64,000 bases of DNA from Octopus sinensis (GCF_006345805.1 NC_043002.1:106826001-106890000), one strand, 5' to 3'; shown: positions 10,290 to 23,859, counted from the first letter of the stretch. Program-made: numbers and translations. Notes: a model not told the origin generated them from the sequence alone.

Positions 10290-11540
10290 TTCCAGTTTAG
10301 GTAAATGTGATATTTGTGACATAAAAGTTATTGATAAAAAAGTTTTTTTCTTTCTTTTTTGTGAAGTTTGTGATAAAACATGCTTATATAAATTGTGACT
10401 TTAAGACAACAGTATATAAATCTATGCAGAAGAGAGTCCACACTGTTGTGACTTTTATAATGGAGCATTTCAGGTGTGAATATGATTTAATGAACCACAA
10501 TATAGGTGAAACTGGAGCAAAGTCAAATCAATGTGAAATTTATGGTAAAAACCTTCATGTATTGGGTTGTCTGGAAAGTTCGTGCCGATTTATAGTAGCT
10601 TACCTTTCAACTTATTTTAGAACATGGTTGAGTCCATAAAATAGGATTTTACTACACCTCCATTTAGAGCACAGTTTAAGCTATCTTTTCGTGGAAGAAG
10701 GTTTATGTTCCTATAACCTGTGTTAATTCTGTAACCCTTTAAAATGGAAGATACGAAAATTCATTTTCGGCACTTGGTGCTTTGGGGACCAGACAAAAAT
10801 TGCTGCAGCTCGGCTGGGATGTGTTACCCCACCCTCCATATTCACCCGATATTGCTCCTTCGGATTTCCACTTATTCAGGTCTCTGCAGAATAGTCTTAA
10901 TGGGAAAAATTTCAATTCTTGGGATGACGTAAAAAGATACCTTGATGAATTCTTTGCCATGAAACCACCTCAATTCTGGGAAGAGGGTATTTTCAAGTTA
11001 AAGGAAAGATGGAGACACATTGTGCAACAACATGGTTCATATTTGGTTGATTAAAAATGTAATGGCAAGTATTTATTGACCTTTTTCTTTCCTTTAAAAA
11101 TTGGCACTAACTTTCCGGACAACCCAATATAATATATGAAGAAAATCATGGTTAACAAAGCATTTTTTTCATGCATAAGACAAAATATATATGAATTTGA
11201 AATTTCTGATAAAACATTCTGACACAATAGTAATATAACAAAGTACGCATCAACCATAAAGGTGAGATGCCATATCATGATATTTGTAATAATTCATTCT
11301 GGTATAATAATTATGTTTTTGTTACTTAATAAAATAAAAGCATTAGTAAAGATTACACAAGTGAGAAGTCATTTAGATGTGAAATTTGTGGTAAAACTTT
11401 CCGGTTAAATAGTAATTTGAAGAAACATCATTTAATGTGCTAATTACTTAATATACTCATGAGACAAAAATATATGAATGTAAAATTTGTTAAGAATATT
11501 CTCATACAGTTGTTCTTGTAAAGAAAGCAGCATTGTAAAA
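10290..11540 (+). pseudogene. Decayed C2H2 finger array interrupted by a mariner
   Basis: Remnants KCDICD (about 10302), CEVCDKT, TGAKSNQCEIYGK (about 10515-10550) and a near-intact YTSEKSFRCEICGKTFRLNSNLKKHHLMC* (about 11354-11443), with stops and frameshifts. Confidence 0.75.
10562..11127 (+). mobile_element. Internally deleted mariner (Tc1/mariner, DD34D type)
   Basis: TIRs TTGGGTTGTC(T/C)GGAAAGTT(C/A)GTGCC(G/A)ATTT; TA at 10560-61 and 11128-29; ORF 10782-11054 has HPPYSPDIAPSDFHLFRSL (mariner YSPDLAPxD motif). Confidence 0.93.
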
Positions 11541-11689
11541 GTTTGTTTAGCCTTTCACCTGTCCGTGCTTTTTTTCATATCTATAGTTCTTGTTTCACAT
11601 GTTTTGTGTAATATGAAACTTTCGTTACATAAGTCACAAGTTACTCTCTCTCTCTCTGTCTCACTATAACCTTTCATCATCTGATACAA

Positions 11690-13385
11690 GATCACCTCCT
11701 CCAATGCCCCCTCCCCCCTTAAAAGATTTTTGTCTTGCAAGTACTTGATGACCCTGTCAGTGTAGGTGTCACTTAAAAGCACCCAGTCCATACTGTGAAG
11801 TGGTTGGTGTTCAGAAGGGCATCCAGCTGTAAAAATCCTGCCAAAGATGACCTTGCCTGGGGTGGTGTCACATAAAAAGCACTAAGTCTACTCTGATGGG
11901 TGGTTGGTGTTAGGAAGGGCATCCAGCTGTAAAAATCCTGCCAAAAGTCACAGGAGTCTGGTGCAGGCTTCGGCCTGGTTGGTTCCTGTCAAACCTAGGA
12001 CATATGAAAGGCAGATTGTTTGATGCCTATGTATGAATAGCTATGCTGCATGGCAGTGAAACGGGGTATGACAGCCAGGGACATGTGTAGGCTTGAACGT
12101 AATGAAGCCAGTATGCTTCGCTGGATGTGTAATGTGAGCATGCATAATATTTGACAGAGTGTAAGTATCCCGAGGGAAAAGTTAGGCATAGGATGATGAT
12201 GATGATGATCCTTTTGGGATCGATAAAATAAGTTGAGCAGTAGGGCCAATGTAATCTACTTACTCCCTTCCCCAAAATTGCTCCCCTTGTGACAAAATTT
12301 GAGAAGATTATATATGTGAAGTGTGGCTGTGTGGTAAGAAGCTCGCTTCCCAACCACATGGTTCTGGGTTAACACTTTAGCATTCAGATTATCACTCTGT
12401 CAAAAGTAATCATTATTTATTCACATTGTTTTGAATTAATCATGCAGTAGTTAGTAGCTTTGAGATTTTAATGAGCTATCTGTTAATTTTTAGAAGGCTA
12501 TTTTAGGGTTAGTGTGAAAAGCCAGATCTGGTTAGTCTGAGCATAAAACAGGTAGAATATTTTGGCCAAATGTGGCCAGTTTAAATGAAGAAAAGTAAAG
12601 GACATGATTTTACTTAAAAGATACAGATACAAATTAATACAATTCTTTAATATATATATATATAACAGGCTTCTTTCAGTTTCTGTCTACCAAATCCATT
12701 CACATGGCTTTGGTCAACCAGGGGTTATAGTGGAAGACAGGTGCCACACAGAGGAACTGAACCCAAAACCATGGTTGAGAAGCAAACTTCTTAACAACAC
12801 AGTCACAACATATTATATCAGCACTTCTTAAACTATGGGTCACAACCCCATTTGGGGTCGTAGAAATTAACTTCAAACACTTGAATTTCAGTTTAAATGG
12901 ATCTTTGGAGATATGCTGTGATTGAGAAGACCCGGTAAGTAAAGCAAGATCACAGCCATAGCTGATACTAGTGTCACATAACCAGCCTATTTAAGTGTCC
13001 CATGGAACTGCCGGGCAATACGCTGTGCTTAAGAAGATCTGTTGGGTCGAGTGAAATCATAGTCATGGCCAAAGCTAGCGCCGCCTGACTGGCACCCGTG
13101 CTGGTGGCATGTAATAAGCACCATTCTAGCATGGGTCAATGCCAGTGCCACCAGACTGGCTTCCGTGCTGGTGGCACATAAAAAGCACCATTCAAATGTG
13201 GTCGATCCCAGTGCCACCTGACTAGCTCCCATACCGGTGGCACATAAAAAAAACACCCGCTACACTCTTTGAGTGGTTGACATTAGGAAGGGTATCCAGC
13301 TGTAGAAACTTTGCCAGATCAGCCCTCAGTCAAACCGTCCAGCGCATGCCAGCATGGAAAGCAGACATTAAACAATGATGATAAT
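11690..13385 (+). mobile_element. Patchwork of degraded RTE ORF-end/3'-UTR fragments and SINE A pieces
   Basis: CTATGCTGCATGGCAGTGAAAC...GAAGCCAGTATGCTTCGCTGGATGTGTAATG (RTE) at 12040-12180; tail fragments at 11690-12000 and 12900-13385; SINE A pieces at 12317-12372 and 12660-12820. Confidence 0.7.
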
Positions 13386-13630
13386 TTCAGTTTACATGTT
13401 ATTTCGGAAATGGCATTACATGTTCTTTTGTTATTTAGCACCAAATACCTACGGGAAATAACTTTTTCAGCTTTAACCCTTATTAAAACCAAATATCGTT
13501 CAACGCTGTAAAACATAGATGCTTTACGTCCAGCAGTGTCAAATATTACACCAATATAACTCCATTTTTTATATGTACATTGTTCAGTAAAAAAATTATT
13601 TTTGTATTTATTTGAATGTTTTATTTCATA

Positions 13631-13935
13631 CTAGCAGTATCGCCCGACGTTGCTCGGGTTTGTAAGGGAAATAACTATATAAGCATTTTAGAGAGTTACT
13701 TCCCTTATATAAAACCGAGTTAAAAATGCATTAAAAAAACGAAAAAATGATGGTAAATTTTTTTTTAAATCGTAGACTCATCGTAGATACGTGCTAATAC
13801 CCAGAAGGGCTCGATATGAATCACGACTATAAGATACCCGCTTTTGGTTAAACTGCACCGCAAAATGTGGGAGTAGTTAGGAATCTAAATCGGAGTAGAC
13901 AGACACACACACAACTTCAGTTTTATATGTAAAGA
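13631..13935 (-). mobile_element. Short non-autonomous Helitron
   Basis: Minus strand A|TC start at 13935; 3' hairpin plus CTAG|T at 13631; 305 bp. Confidence 0.85.
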
Positions 13936-15180
13936 TTTAATACCTGGGGTCGCAAAAAATCTCATAATGAAAAATGGGGTCACGAATGACAAAAGTTTAA
14001 GCGCTGTTGTTATTGTTGTTTGTTCATTCTCAAGCCTGGCTCATAAGGGCTGGTTTCCCGGTTTCATTGGTGTATAGGTTCCCCATCTGGACAGGACGCC
14101 GGTCCATCGCAAATTAGAAGTGTTGTACTATATGAATATTAAATGCATTAGTGCTTGACACAGTACAGCCAATGCACTGTCACCAAGCGTAACAACCACA
14201 CACACAATCATGAAATATCAAATGATGACATATGAACAATTAGACTGACCTCTAGCTGTGCTCGTTGGGACACACTAAAATCTATATCACATTGTGGTGT
14301 GTGAAGAACAAGATAGCCAAGAAGGTAGAACTGCATTATCTCCCTTCCCCACCTGACGATTCAGTGATGAATCACAGGCAGGTGACAAAACCCAACATTA
14401 AACAGGTATTGCATTCACTACAACTACACTACTGTAATACAAGTCAATGAAAGGGATCAACCTATTAGAAATAGCAGCCAAATCTCCCACAAGTTACATC
14501 CTACCTGCAAGAAAAGTCACTAATATTAAAGAAATGATAAGGTACTTTAATCCTTTAGCATTCAGATTATCTTTCAGTCAAATTTAATGTTTATTCACAG
14601 TTTAGAATTAAGGTGGCACGTAAAAAGCACCCACTACACTCATGGAGTGGTTGGCGTTAGGAAGGGCATCCAGCCGTAGAAACATTGCCAGATCAAACTG
14701 GGCCTGGTGCAGCCTTCTGGCTTCCCAGACCCCAGTTGAACCGTCCAACCCATGCTAGCATGGAAAGCAGACGCTAAACGATGATGATGATGATGATCTT
14801 ATATGATTGTATATTTTCAGAATGACATTGTGGGGTGAGTGTAAGAGGCCAGATCTTGACAGTTCAAACCTAAAACAGAATATGTGGGCCGGATACGGCT
14901 GGTTTAAATACTTTAATAGCATAGAAAAGATAATTTTCCCCCAAAGAATGCTTCAAAACATTACCATGTATCCGTATATGGGAAGTTGCTTTAAATATCA
15001 AAAACCATTTTTTTTTCATGACTATATTCTGCTGAACTAGGGGTGCATGTAATACACCTGTGTATCTTTTCTTCCATCGTATATGATATCACTTACCAGA
15101 CCAGATGGTTCTGTCTGAAATGCCTTTTATCACAGATCTGCTTGAACCGACCTGACCTGGGGCTAAACAACAATAATATT

Positions 15181-16472
15181 TCACGTAGCAAAAACCAAAG
15201 TCTTAGTAAATAGGAATGTTGACAAATCACAAACCCCTTCAGGTAGATGGCCCTGCTCGATCTGTAGAAAAGGTGTGGGTAGAAACTCCATACGATGTAC
15301 CCGGCGCAAGCTATGGACACATAAAAGGTGCAGCAATATCAAAGGAAGGTTAACCAGGAAGATAGTTTTTGTGTGTGGCAGATGCACAGGTTCAATAAAC
15401 ACTGAAGGTGTACAGAAAACAGATTCTATCACATGCCCGGGGGGAAAACTAGAAGTAGTTAATAGCTTCCGCTTCCTAGGTGACCAAGTCTGTAGTGGGG
15501 GTGGTTGCTCTGAGTGTAGCGACTGGAATAAGACTAGCCTGGGCAAAGTTCAGGAAGCTCCTACTTCTGCTGGCAACTAAGAGCCTCTCGCTCAGGATGA
15601 AAAGTAGACTATGATGCATGTATGCAAACTGCCATGCTACATGGCAGTGAAACATGGGCCATGATTGCAGAGGACATATGTAGGCTTGACAGAAATGAAG
15701 CTAGTATGGTTCGCTGGATGTGTAATGTCAGTGTGCATACACGAAAGAGTGTAAGCACTGAGAGAAAAGTTGGACATAAGAAGAATCAAATGTGGTGTGC
15801 ATGAGAGACAACTGTGCTGACATGGTCATGTGTTACACATGGATGAGGACAGCTGTGTAAAGAAGTGCCACGCCCTAACTGTGGAAGAGGTAGACCAAGG
15901 AAGACATGGGATGAGGTGGTGAAGCATGAACTTTGAACACAGGGGCAATGACAGGAGACCAAGACCTCTGGAGATATGCTGTGATTGAGAAGACCCAGCA
16001 ACTAAAATGAAATTACAGCCATGGCCGATGCCAGTGTTGCATGTCCGGACCATTTAAGAATACCCTTGATGCATTGGGCAATATATGCTTGAGAAAACCT
16101 GTTGAGTCAAGCAAAGCCAAAATCGTAGCAATGACCAGTACCCCCTGACTAGCTCCTGTTCCAGTGGCACGTAAAATGCATCATCCAAACATGGTCAATG
16201 CCAGATCCGCGTGACTGGCTCCCATGCCGGTGGCACGTAAAAAGCACCATCTGAACATGGTCGATGCCGGACTGCCTAACTGGCTCCCGTGTCAGTGGCA
16301 TGTAAAAGCACCCTCTACACTCTCAGAGTGGTTGGTGTTAGGAAAAGCATCCAGATGTAGAAACATTGCCAGATCAGATTGGAGTCTGGTGTAACTGCTG
16401 ACACCAGACCTCAGTCAAACTGTCAAACCCATGCCAGCATGGAAAGTGGACGTTAAACAATGATGATGATGA
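15181..16472 (+). mobile_element. Degraded RTE LINE 3' portion including the PHD-like insert, with 3' UTR and (GAT)n tail
   Basis: KTKVLV...GRWPCSICRKGVGRNSIRCTRRKLWTHKRC...CGRC...LEVVNSFRFLG, then MLHGSETW and GRPRKTWDEVVKH across frameshifts; tail at about 16460. Confidence 0.88.
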
Positions 16473-16820
16473 AGGAGGGCAAGCCGGCAGAAATGTTAGC
16501 ATGCCTTTGCCTTTCATCCTTTCGGGGTTGATAAATTAAGTACCAGTGTGTACTGAGGTCGATCTAATCGATTGGCCCCTTCCCCCAAAATTTCGGGCCT
16601 TGTGCCTAGGGTAGATGGTGGCAAGCTGGCAGAAACATTAGCACGCTGAGTGAAATGCTTAACGGTATTTCGTTTGCCTTTATGTTCTGAGTTCAAATTC
16701 TGCCAAGGTTGACTTTGCCTTTCATCCTTTCGGGGTCGATAAATTAAGTACCAGTCAATCTAATTAACTGGCTCCCTCCCCAAAAATTTCAGGCCTTGTG
16801 CCTAGAGTAGAAAAGAATAT
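16470..16820. mobile_element. Adjacent and nested SINE B fragments
   Basis: GGCAAGCTGGCAGAAAC head, TTTGCCTTTCATCCTTTCGGGG domain and GTGCCTAGAGTAGAAAAGAAT tail, each present more than once. Confidence 0.8.
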
Positions 16821-17134
16821 TTCACATGCATATTTTTTCAATATAAATAGGTAACTGAATATAAAGCGTTCAAGAAATAATTAGCTATTTTATTTGAAAA
16901 TACATTGAGCATTTGTTACTGTTGAAGAAACCAGAAATATATTTCATAAGTAATTACTGGTACTTTAGTGTTACTGCTGTCATGTGATAATGTAAAACAG
17001 AAGTTATAGGCTAATGAAACAATTAACTTTTCGGCATTCAGATTACTCCATCAAATGTAATTCTTATTTATTCACATTGTTTTGAATTAATCATGCAATA
17101 TCTCAAAGCTTCAACAATTTGATGATGTAATTCT

Positions 17135-17340
17135 TTTACTCTTTTACTTGTTTCAGTCATTTGACTGCGGCCATGCTGGAGCACCGCCTTTAGTCGAGCA
17201 AATCAACCCCAGGACTTATTCTTTGTAAGCTTAGTACTTACTGTATCGGTCTCTTTTGCCAAACCGCTAAGTTACGGGGACATAAACACACCGGTATCAG
17301 TCGTCAAGCGATGTTGGGGGAAACAAACACAGACACACAC

Positions 17341-17384
<44 letters not shown>

Positions 17385-18140
17385 CATATATACGACAGGC
17401 TTCTTTCAGTTTCCGTCTACCAAATTCACTCACAAGGCTTTGGTTGGCCCGAGGCTATAGTAGAAGACAAGACACTTGCCCAAGGTGCCACGCAGTGGGA
17501 CTGAACCCGAAACCATGTGGTTGGTAAGCAAGCTACTTACCACACAGCTACTCCTACACCTATAATTGTATATTTTTAGAATGACATTGTAGGGTAGAGG
17601 TGAGAGGCCAGAACTGGCAGCTTTGAATATCTGAGTCAGGTACGGCCAGTTTAAATGCTAAAATATTGATGCAGTGTTTAATCCTTTGGCATTCAAACCA
17701 GTCATATCCATCCTGAATATGTTACTTACTCTTTTGCTCTTTTACTTGTTTCAGTCATTTGACTGTGGCCATGCTGGAGCACCGCCTTTAATCGAGCAAC
17801 TCGACCCCGGGACTTATTCTTTGTAAGCCCAGTATTTATTCTATCGGTCTATTTTTGCCGAACTGCTAAGTGACGGGGACATAAACACACCAGCATCGGT
17901 TGTCAAGCAATGCTAGGGGGACAAACACAGACACACAGACACACACACATACATATATATATATATACATATATACGACGGGCTTCTTTCAGTTTCCATC
18001 TACCAAATCCACTCACAAGGCTTTGGTCGGCCCGAGGCTATAGTAGAAGACACTTGCCCAAGGTGCCACGCAGTGGGACTGAACCCGGAACCATGTGGTT
18101 GGTAAACAAGCTACTTACCACACAGCCACTCCTGCGCCTA
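17135..18140 (-). mobile_element. Two tandem SINE A copies (about 17135-17560 and 17730-18140)
   Basis: Each runs from the CTTTTACTTGTTTCAGTC tail to the CACACAGC(T/C)ACTCCT(A/G)C(A/G)CCTA head. Confidence 0.9.
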
Positions 18141-18907
18141 TAATGTTTAATGTTCTAACAGCCAGATCCTGCCTGTCACACACACCCTTCAATACCATTA
18201 TAAAATATACAATCACATCATTAAAATTTCAAAGCTACAAAATAATGCACGATTAACTAAAACCAATGTCAATGAAAAATCAGTGCATTTGACAAAATAA
18301 TCCGAATGCTAAAAGGTTAAACAAAGTAACAATGGTTTTAAGTCCCATACCAAAATAACAAGGGTCTCTTTACCCCAATATCTAATATTTACAGAGTCAC
18401 TTAATATGTTTCTATGACCATATGGATGTACTATGGATCGTAAATAAAATACAAAATACATCACGAAATCGTATTTTTTGTTTGTAAAACATCATTTGTT
18501 TGCAGTTAAAACAAGTAAGCAGTTTGATTGGTCATGAGTTTTTGTTTTTTTCCCCTTTCTTTCATTTCTTATAAATTAGTTTCCAATTGATAACATTTTT
18601 TTTTTTTTTTACCAGAAGGATTTATCATTCATCTTTTTTTTAATCTTTTACTTGTTTCAGTCATTGGACTGCAGCCATGCTGGGTTTAGACACCTTGAAG
18701 GTTAGTTGAACAAATCGATTGTTTTTTTGTTTTTTTTTTCAAGTCTGGTACTTATCTAGCAGTCTCTTTTGCCAAACTGGTAAGTTATGGGGGATGTAAA
18801 CAAACCAACATTGGTTGGCAAGCACGTGGGGGATGGGGGCAAAACATAAATACACACATATTTACATATACATACACACACACACATATATATACACACA
18901 CACAGAC

Positions 18908-18938
<31 letters not shown>

Positions 18939-19289
18939 ATAGGTTTCCACAGTTTCTTTCAACCAAATTCATTGATAAGCCACTGATTGGCCCAGAGCTA
19001 CAGTAGATGTACTGTGGGACTGAACTTGAACCCACAAGCTTCTTAACCACAGTCATACCTGTACCTATAACTTTTTTCTATTTTTGTTTGTTTTTCAGGA
19101 AATGTTACACATACACACACATACACACAAATAAATACCAGACAGTCATTTAGAAATAACTCTGTTCCAATGTAAATATATTCCAAGATTTCAATTCTTG
19201 GAATGTATATCTTGGAGTTTTGGTGACAGAAATCTTATTTAATCAGAACTATTGTATATAGATAAACCCATCCAGCCAGCCATTTTCTC

Positions 19290-19930
19290 CACCCAGTATT
19301 CCTGAGAGCTGTAAGGGTACAGTTCTCAGGCATCGCCTCTATAAGGTCCTGGGTTAACTAGGAATATATTCAGATCATAGATAGAGGGGTCCATTCAAAA
19401 AATATATCGCAGTCTTCACCCAATGCTAGTACAACCAGCAATAAGCCTGCATCTTGTTCTGAGAGATGTGGGGTGGAAGCACAAAGAACGTGTGTCCTGC
19501 GACCCCATAGCAAGTCCAGGAGAGAACAACAGTTAGTGGTCAGGAATTGGATTGTCACAACCCTTCTGGGCAAAGAGCAGGAACTAGTGGAGAAAACCAA
19601 ACACTACTGGCTAGATATAGTCAATGTCTCCTCTACAAGGTTCTGAGGAACAACATAAAATTCTAACATGGCAGTCCTGGTTTAGCCGAACAATTATTCT
19701 GTGCTGATGATGAGAAATAACTCAGAAATCGTGATACACAGATATTGTTTTGAGCTGAGTGGGGGTGCTAGATTCCCTTGTTTGAACATATAAGGACACA
19801 AATCATGTCATATAGCCAGCTGGAGACGATGTCTCCTGCTGCTAAATTACAGCAACATTCATCCTAAACCAGGACTGCCATGTTATGTTGGCAAACAACC
19901 TTTACTCTAGAGTACTGTTGCTGAATATCT
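19290..19930 (-). mobile_element. Possible highly degraded Tx1/L1-like LINE 3' fragment
   Basis: Minus-strand translation fragments loosely resemble the C-terminal region of the element at 35560-37080; weak. Confidence 0.3.
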
Positions 19931-20087
19931 CTCATTATGAGATTTAGAAATAGTAATTTCCTAATAAAATTCTATACTTTTGTTCTATTGGTCTCTTTTG
20001 CTGAACCGCTAAGTTATGGGGACATAAACACACCAGTGTCGGTTGTCAAGCGATGTTGGGGGGACAAACACAGACACACAATCATAT

Positions 20088-20126
<39 letters not shown>

Positions 20127-20324
20127 AAATCAGGGAAGGATCTAAAATATTTTTTATATTTTTAATAATAATTTATCTTTACTCGTTATTTCTAGAAACT
20201 TAACAAAAAGACAGGTGCAAGCATCACTGTGTGGTTAAGGAGAGTACTTTGTAACAATGTGGTTTTGGGTTCAGTTCTACAGCACAGCACCTTGGCAAGT
20301 GCCTTCTACTATATATTTCTTTAC

Positions 20325-20540
20325 TACCCACAAGGGGCTAAACACAGAGAGGACAAACAAGGACAGACAAAGGGATTAAGTCGATCACATCGAACCCAGT
20401 GCGCAACTGGTACTTAATTTATCGACCCCGAAAGGATGAAAGGCAAAGTCGACCTCAGCGGAATTTGAACTCAGAACGTAACGACAGACGAAATACGGCC
20501 ACGCATTTCGCCCGGCGTGCTAACGTTTCTGCCAGCTCGC
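20325..20540 (-). mobile_element. SINE B, tail type 2
   Basis: Minus strand GGCGGCGAGCTGGCAGAAACGTTAGCACGCCGGGCG...TTTAGCCCCTTGTGGGTAGTAAAGAAAT. Confidence 0.88.
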
Positions 20541-21009
20541 CGCCTTTATTTTCTCATTATAGTGCCTTCTACTATAGCCTTGGGCTGAATAATGCCTTGT
20601 GAATTAATTTGGTCGATGGGAACCATGTGGAAGTTTGTTGTGTGAGTGCGGGTGTGTGCCTGTGTTTGTTCCCACCACTGCTCAACCATTCAGCTAAGAG
20701 ACTGACAGGAAAAGCACCAGACTTTTTAAAGTATGTTAAGTACTGAGATCAATCTATTCCACTAAAACCCTTCAAGGTAGCGCTCCAGCTTGGTCACAGC
20801 CCAATGACTGAAACAAGTAAAAGATAAAAGATATTAAATAGAGGCAGTTTAGCGCGATTATCCAATTTACATTCTTCTTCAGTCTAAAACAGTGGTTCCT
20901 AAAATGGGCGGTACTGCCCCACCCCCGGGGGGGGGGTCCCAGTGGGGCGATAAAGGGGTAGCAATTCATGTAAAAAAAAACAAAATAATGGGTTCGTTAC
21001 TCTATTACA

Positions 21010-21225
21010 TGTTTCATGACTGTGGCTATGCTGGAGCACTGCCTTTACTCGAACAAATCGACCCCCAGGACTTATTCTTTGTAAGCCTAGTACTTGTTCT
21101 ATTGGTCTCTTTTGCTGAACCGCTAAGTTACGGGGACATAAACACACCAGCGTCGGTCGTCAAGCGATGTTAGGGGGAACAAACACAGACACACAAACAT
21201 ATACACACACACATACATATATATA

Positions 21226-21263
<38 letters not shown>

Positions 21264-21430
21264 GACGGGCTCCTTTCAGATTCCGTCTACCAAATCCACT
21301 CACAAGGCTTTGGTCGGTCTGATGCTATAGTAGAAGACACTTGCCCAAGGTACCATGCAGTGGGACTGAACCCCAGAACCATGTGGTTGGTAAGCAAGCT
21401 ACTTACCACACAGCCACTCCTATGCCTATA
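21010..21430 (-). mobile_element. SINE A about 200 bp downstream of the ZNF-B stop
   Basis: Full head to near-tail match to family A. Confidence 0.88.
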
Positions 21431-21632
21431 GGTCAAGTTTTATTTGTGAAATACAGTTGCTTTGAATTTGCTTCAGAAAGAGGTCTATGTTTGTGATGGT
21501 TAGTTGGGATGGGAGCGCTAGGAATGTGGCCTGGGGTGTCAAGGGGCCGGCAGCCTGAAAAAGATTGGGAACTACTGGTCTAAAATACATTGTGTTTTGA
21601 TAAAAATTATCACAAACTTTATAGCAGTGTAG

Positions 21633-22739
21633 TTATTTTCCTGTGTGAACACGATAATGAGAAAATAAATTTCTCTTCCGAGAAAACCCTTTTCCACAAA
21701 CTTCACATTGAAATGCTTTTTCAGCAGAATGGATATGGCTATGACCTGATAAACTGCTGCTACTCGAAAATGATTTACCGCAGATCTCACAGTGGTAAGG
21801 TTTTTCACCAGTGTGGATACGTCTATGATCTGTTAACGCACTGTTTCGCGGAAAAGCTTTCCCACAAAACTCACAGCTATATGGCCTGATTCCAGAGTGA
21901 ACACGTTTGTGATCTGATAGGCCACTACTACAAGAAAATCCTTTCCCACAGGTTGGACATTTGTATGGTTTTTCTCCGGTGTGAGCATGTTTGTGTATCT
22001 TTAACTGACTGTTCCAAGCAAATGTCTGCCCGCAAAGTTCACAATGGTATGGCTTTTCTCCTGTGTGAACACGTTTATGAACTGATAGCTTGGTGTTTCG
22101 TAAAAAAGCCTTCCCACAGATTTCACATTCGTATGGTTTTTCTCCAGTGTGAACACGTATGTGATAAATTAGTTCGTTATTTCGAGAAAACTTTCTATCA
22201 CAAATTTGGCAAGCAAACAGTTTTTCTTTATGAATACGTTTATGACAAGATAGTGTGCTGCTAGATGATAATGTTTTCCCACAGATGTCACACTGAAATG
22301 GTTTTTCTCCTGTGTGAATGTAATTATGATTTGATAATGTACTCTTCTGAGAAAAGGCTTTCCCACAAATTTCACATTGGTATGGTTTTTCCCCGCTGTG
22401 AACACGTTTATGATCTGATAATTTATTATTACGTGAAAAAGCCTTCCCACAGATATCACACTCATATGGTTTCTCTCTTGTGTGAACACGTATGTGATAA
22501 ATTAATTCCCTTGTACGAGAAAAGGATTTCCCACAGAATTCACAGTGGTGTATTTTTTCTTTGTGAATACGTTTATGATGTGATAAGTAACTGTTACAAG
22601 AAAAAGCTTTCCCACAAATATCACAGGGGTAAGGTTTTTCACCTGTGTGAATACGAACATGAATCGTTAAGTGGTCTTCATGAGAGAATATTTTCCCACA
22701 GACATCACATATGTAAGGCTTCTCCTCTGCCTCTAACAT
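21633..22739 (-). CDS. C2H2 zinc-finger protein ZNF-B (368 aa, 13 tandem fingers)
   Basis: Thirteen Cx2Cx12Hx3H units with TGEKPY linkers; ATG at 22739-22737 preceded by an in-frame TAA; candidate acceptor TTTAATTTCAG| at 23141. Confidence 0.93.
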   Translation of the reverse strand: MLEAEEKPYICDVCGKIFSHEDHLTIHVRIHTGEKPYPCDICGKAFSCNSYLSHHKRIHKEKIHHCEFCGKSFSRTRELIYHIRVHTREKPYECDICGKAFSRNNKLSDHKRVHSGEKPYQCEICGKAFSQKSTLSNHNYIHTGEKPFQCDICGKTLSSSSTLSCHKRIHKEKLFACQICDRKFSRNNELIYHIRVHTGEKPYECEICGKAFLRNTKLSVHKRVHTGEKPYHCELCGQTFAWNSQLKIHKHAHTGEKPYKCPTCGKGFSCSSGLSDHKRVHSGIRPYSCEFCGKAFPRNSALTDHRRIHTGEKPYHCEICGKSFSSSSSLSGHSHIHSAEKAFQCEVCGKGFSRKRNLFSHYRVHTGK

Positions 22740-23859
22740 TTTCCAAACAATAGAGATTTCACAGACAATCCTGCTTTACAATCTTTTTTTTTTAATAATC
22801 TTGCTATGAAAATAAAAATTTTTTCTCAAACAAAAAAACCTTCCAACAGATTGCAAATCTGAATCAGTTGATGCTGATTGTATAATATTCTTCAAAAGAA
22901 ATGTCTCACTAGTCAGCTGTTCGCTCCTATGAACTGGTGTGTGTCAATTTAAGATACACCTATAATGAAATGACTTTCCAATCACAACTGACAGTCATAT
23001 TATAACTGTCTGTTGTACATACGTTTGTCTCAGATCATATTGTTACTCTCAGACACCTTTAGTAAAAACTGGTCATTTCAGTAAACACTGCCAAATGATG
23101 GCGTCTTTTTGGCAGAATTCCATTGGTCAATGCAAATGTTCTGAAATTAAAGAAAAAAATATATTAATAGATAACTTACAACCAGGTGTGTAGTTAGCAG
23201 TTAGTATGTGTGTGTTTATATGTATGTACATATATGTAAGGAGATTTTTAATGGCTAAATTATAGGAGGAAGGACAACACCCACAGCCCTTTTCACTGGC
23301 CAAAAACTCAACTTACTGACCTCTGGTGAAAGTGATGTGTATAGTTTGTTACACAATATAAGTAATTATTGTGTTGTGTGACACACATTAAGTAATTACT
23401 TTATTACACACTTTAAATGATCACTGTGTTATATTACATTAATACAGTACTTGGAATCAGTATATTATGTAAGTAATATAAGTAATCAAAGTGTTTTGTT
23501 ACACACACCAAATGGTCATTGTGTTCACCAATCACTGCATTCTCTTTTCCTGCCCTCTCTCCCACTCACCTTTTACACTCTTGTGAACTTCCTTGCTCAC
23601 CCACCCTGTCCAATCTTCTGTACCACTCCGCTCCACTTATATTCACCTCTTTGTATCACAAGGGTATGACCTAGCACATCTTCACTACCATCCTCTCTCT
23701 CTCTCTCTCTCCCCTAACTAGGATAGACATGTATCTCCTCTACATCTGTTTCTGCCCCTCTGTCATAGTTTAACCTCTCATCACCTAGCAAAGCCACTTC
23801 CTTCAAAAACCACTCCCCCACTCAGTTGAGGGGACTTTGTCTTATTCTGTAAAGTGGTT

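Noticed and set aside
17910-18143. Recurrent small ORFs (MLGGQTQTH..., [11 protein letters not shown]...) as a peptide family
   Set aside because: All are frames of SINE family A.
21590-22753. + strand ORFs overlapping ZNF-B
   Set aside because: Antisense shadows of the periodic finger codons.
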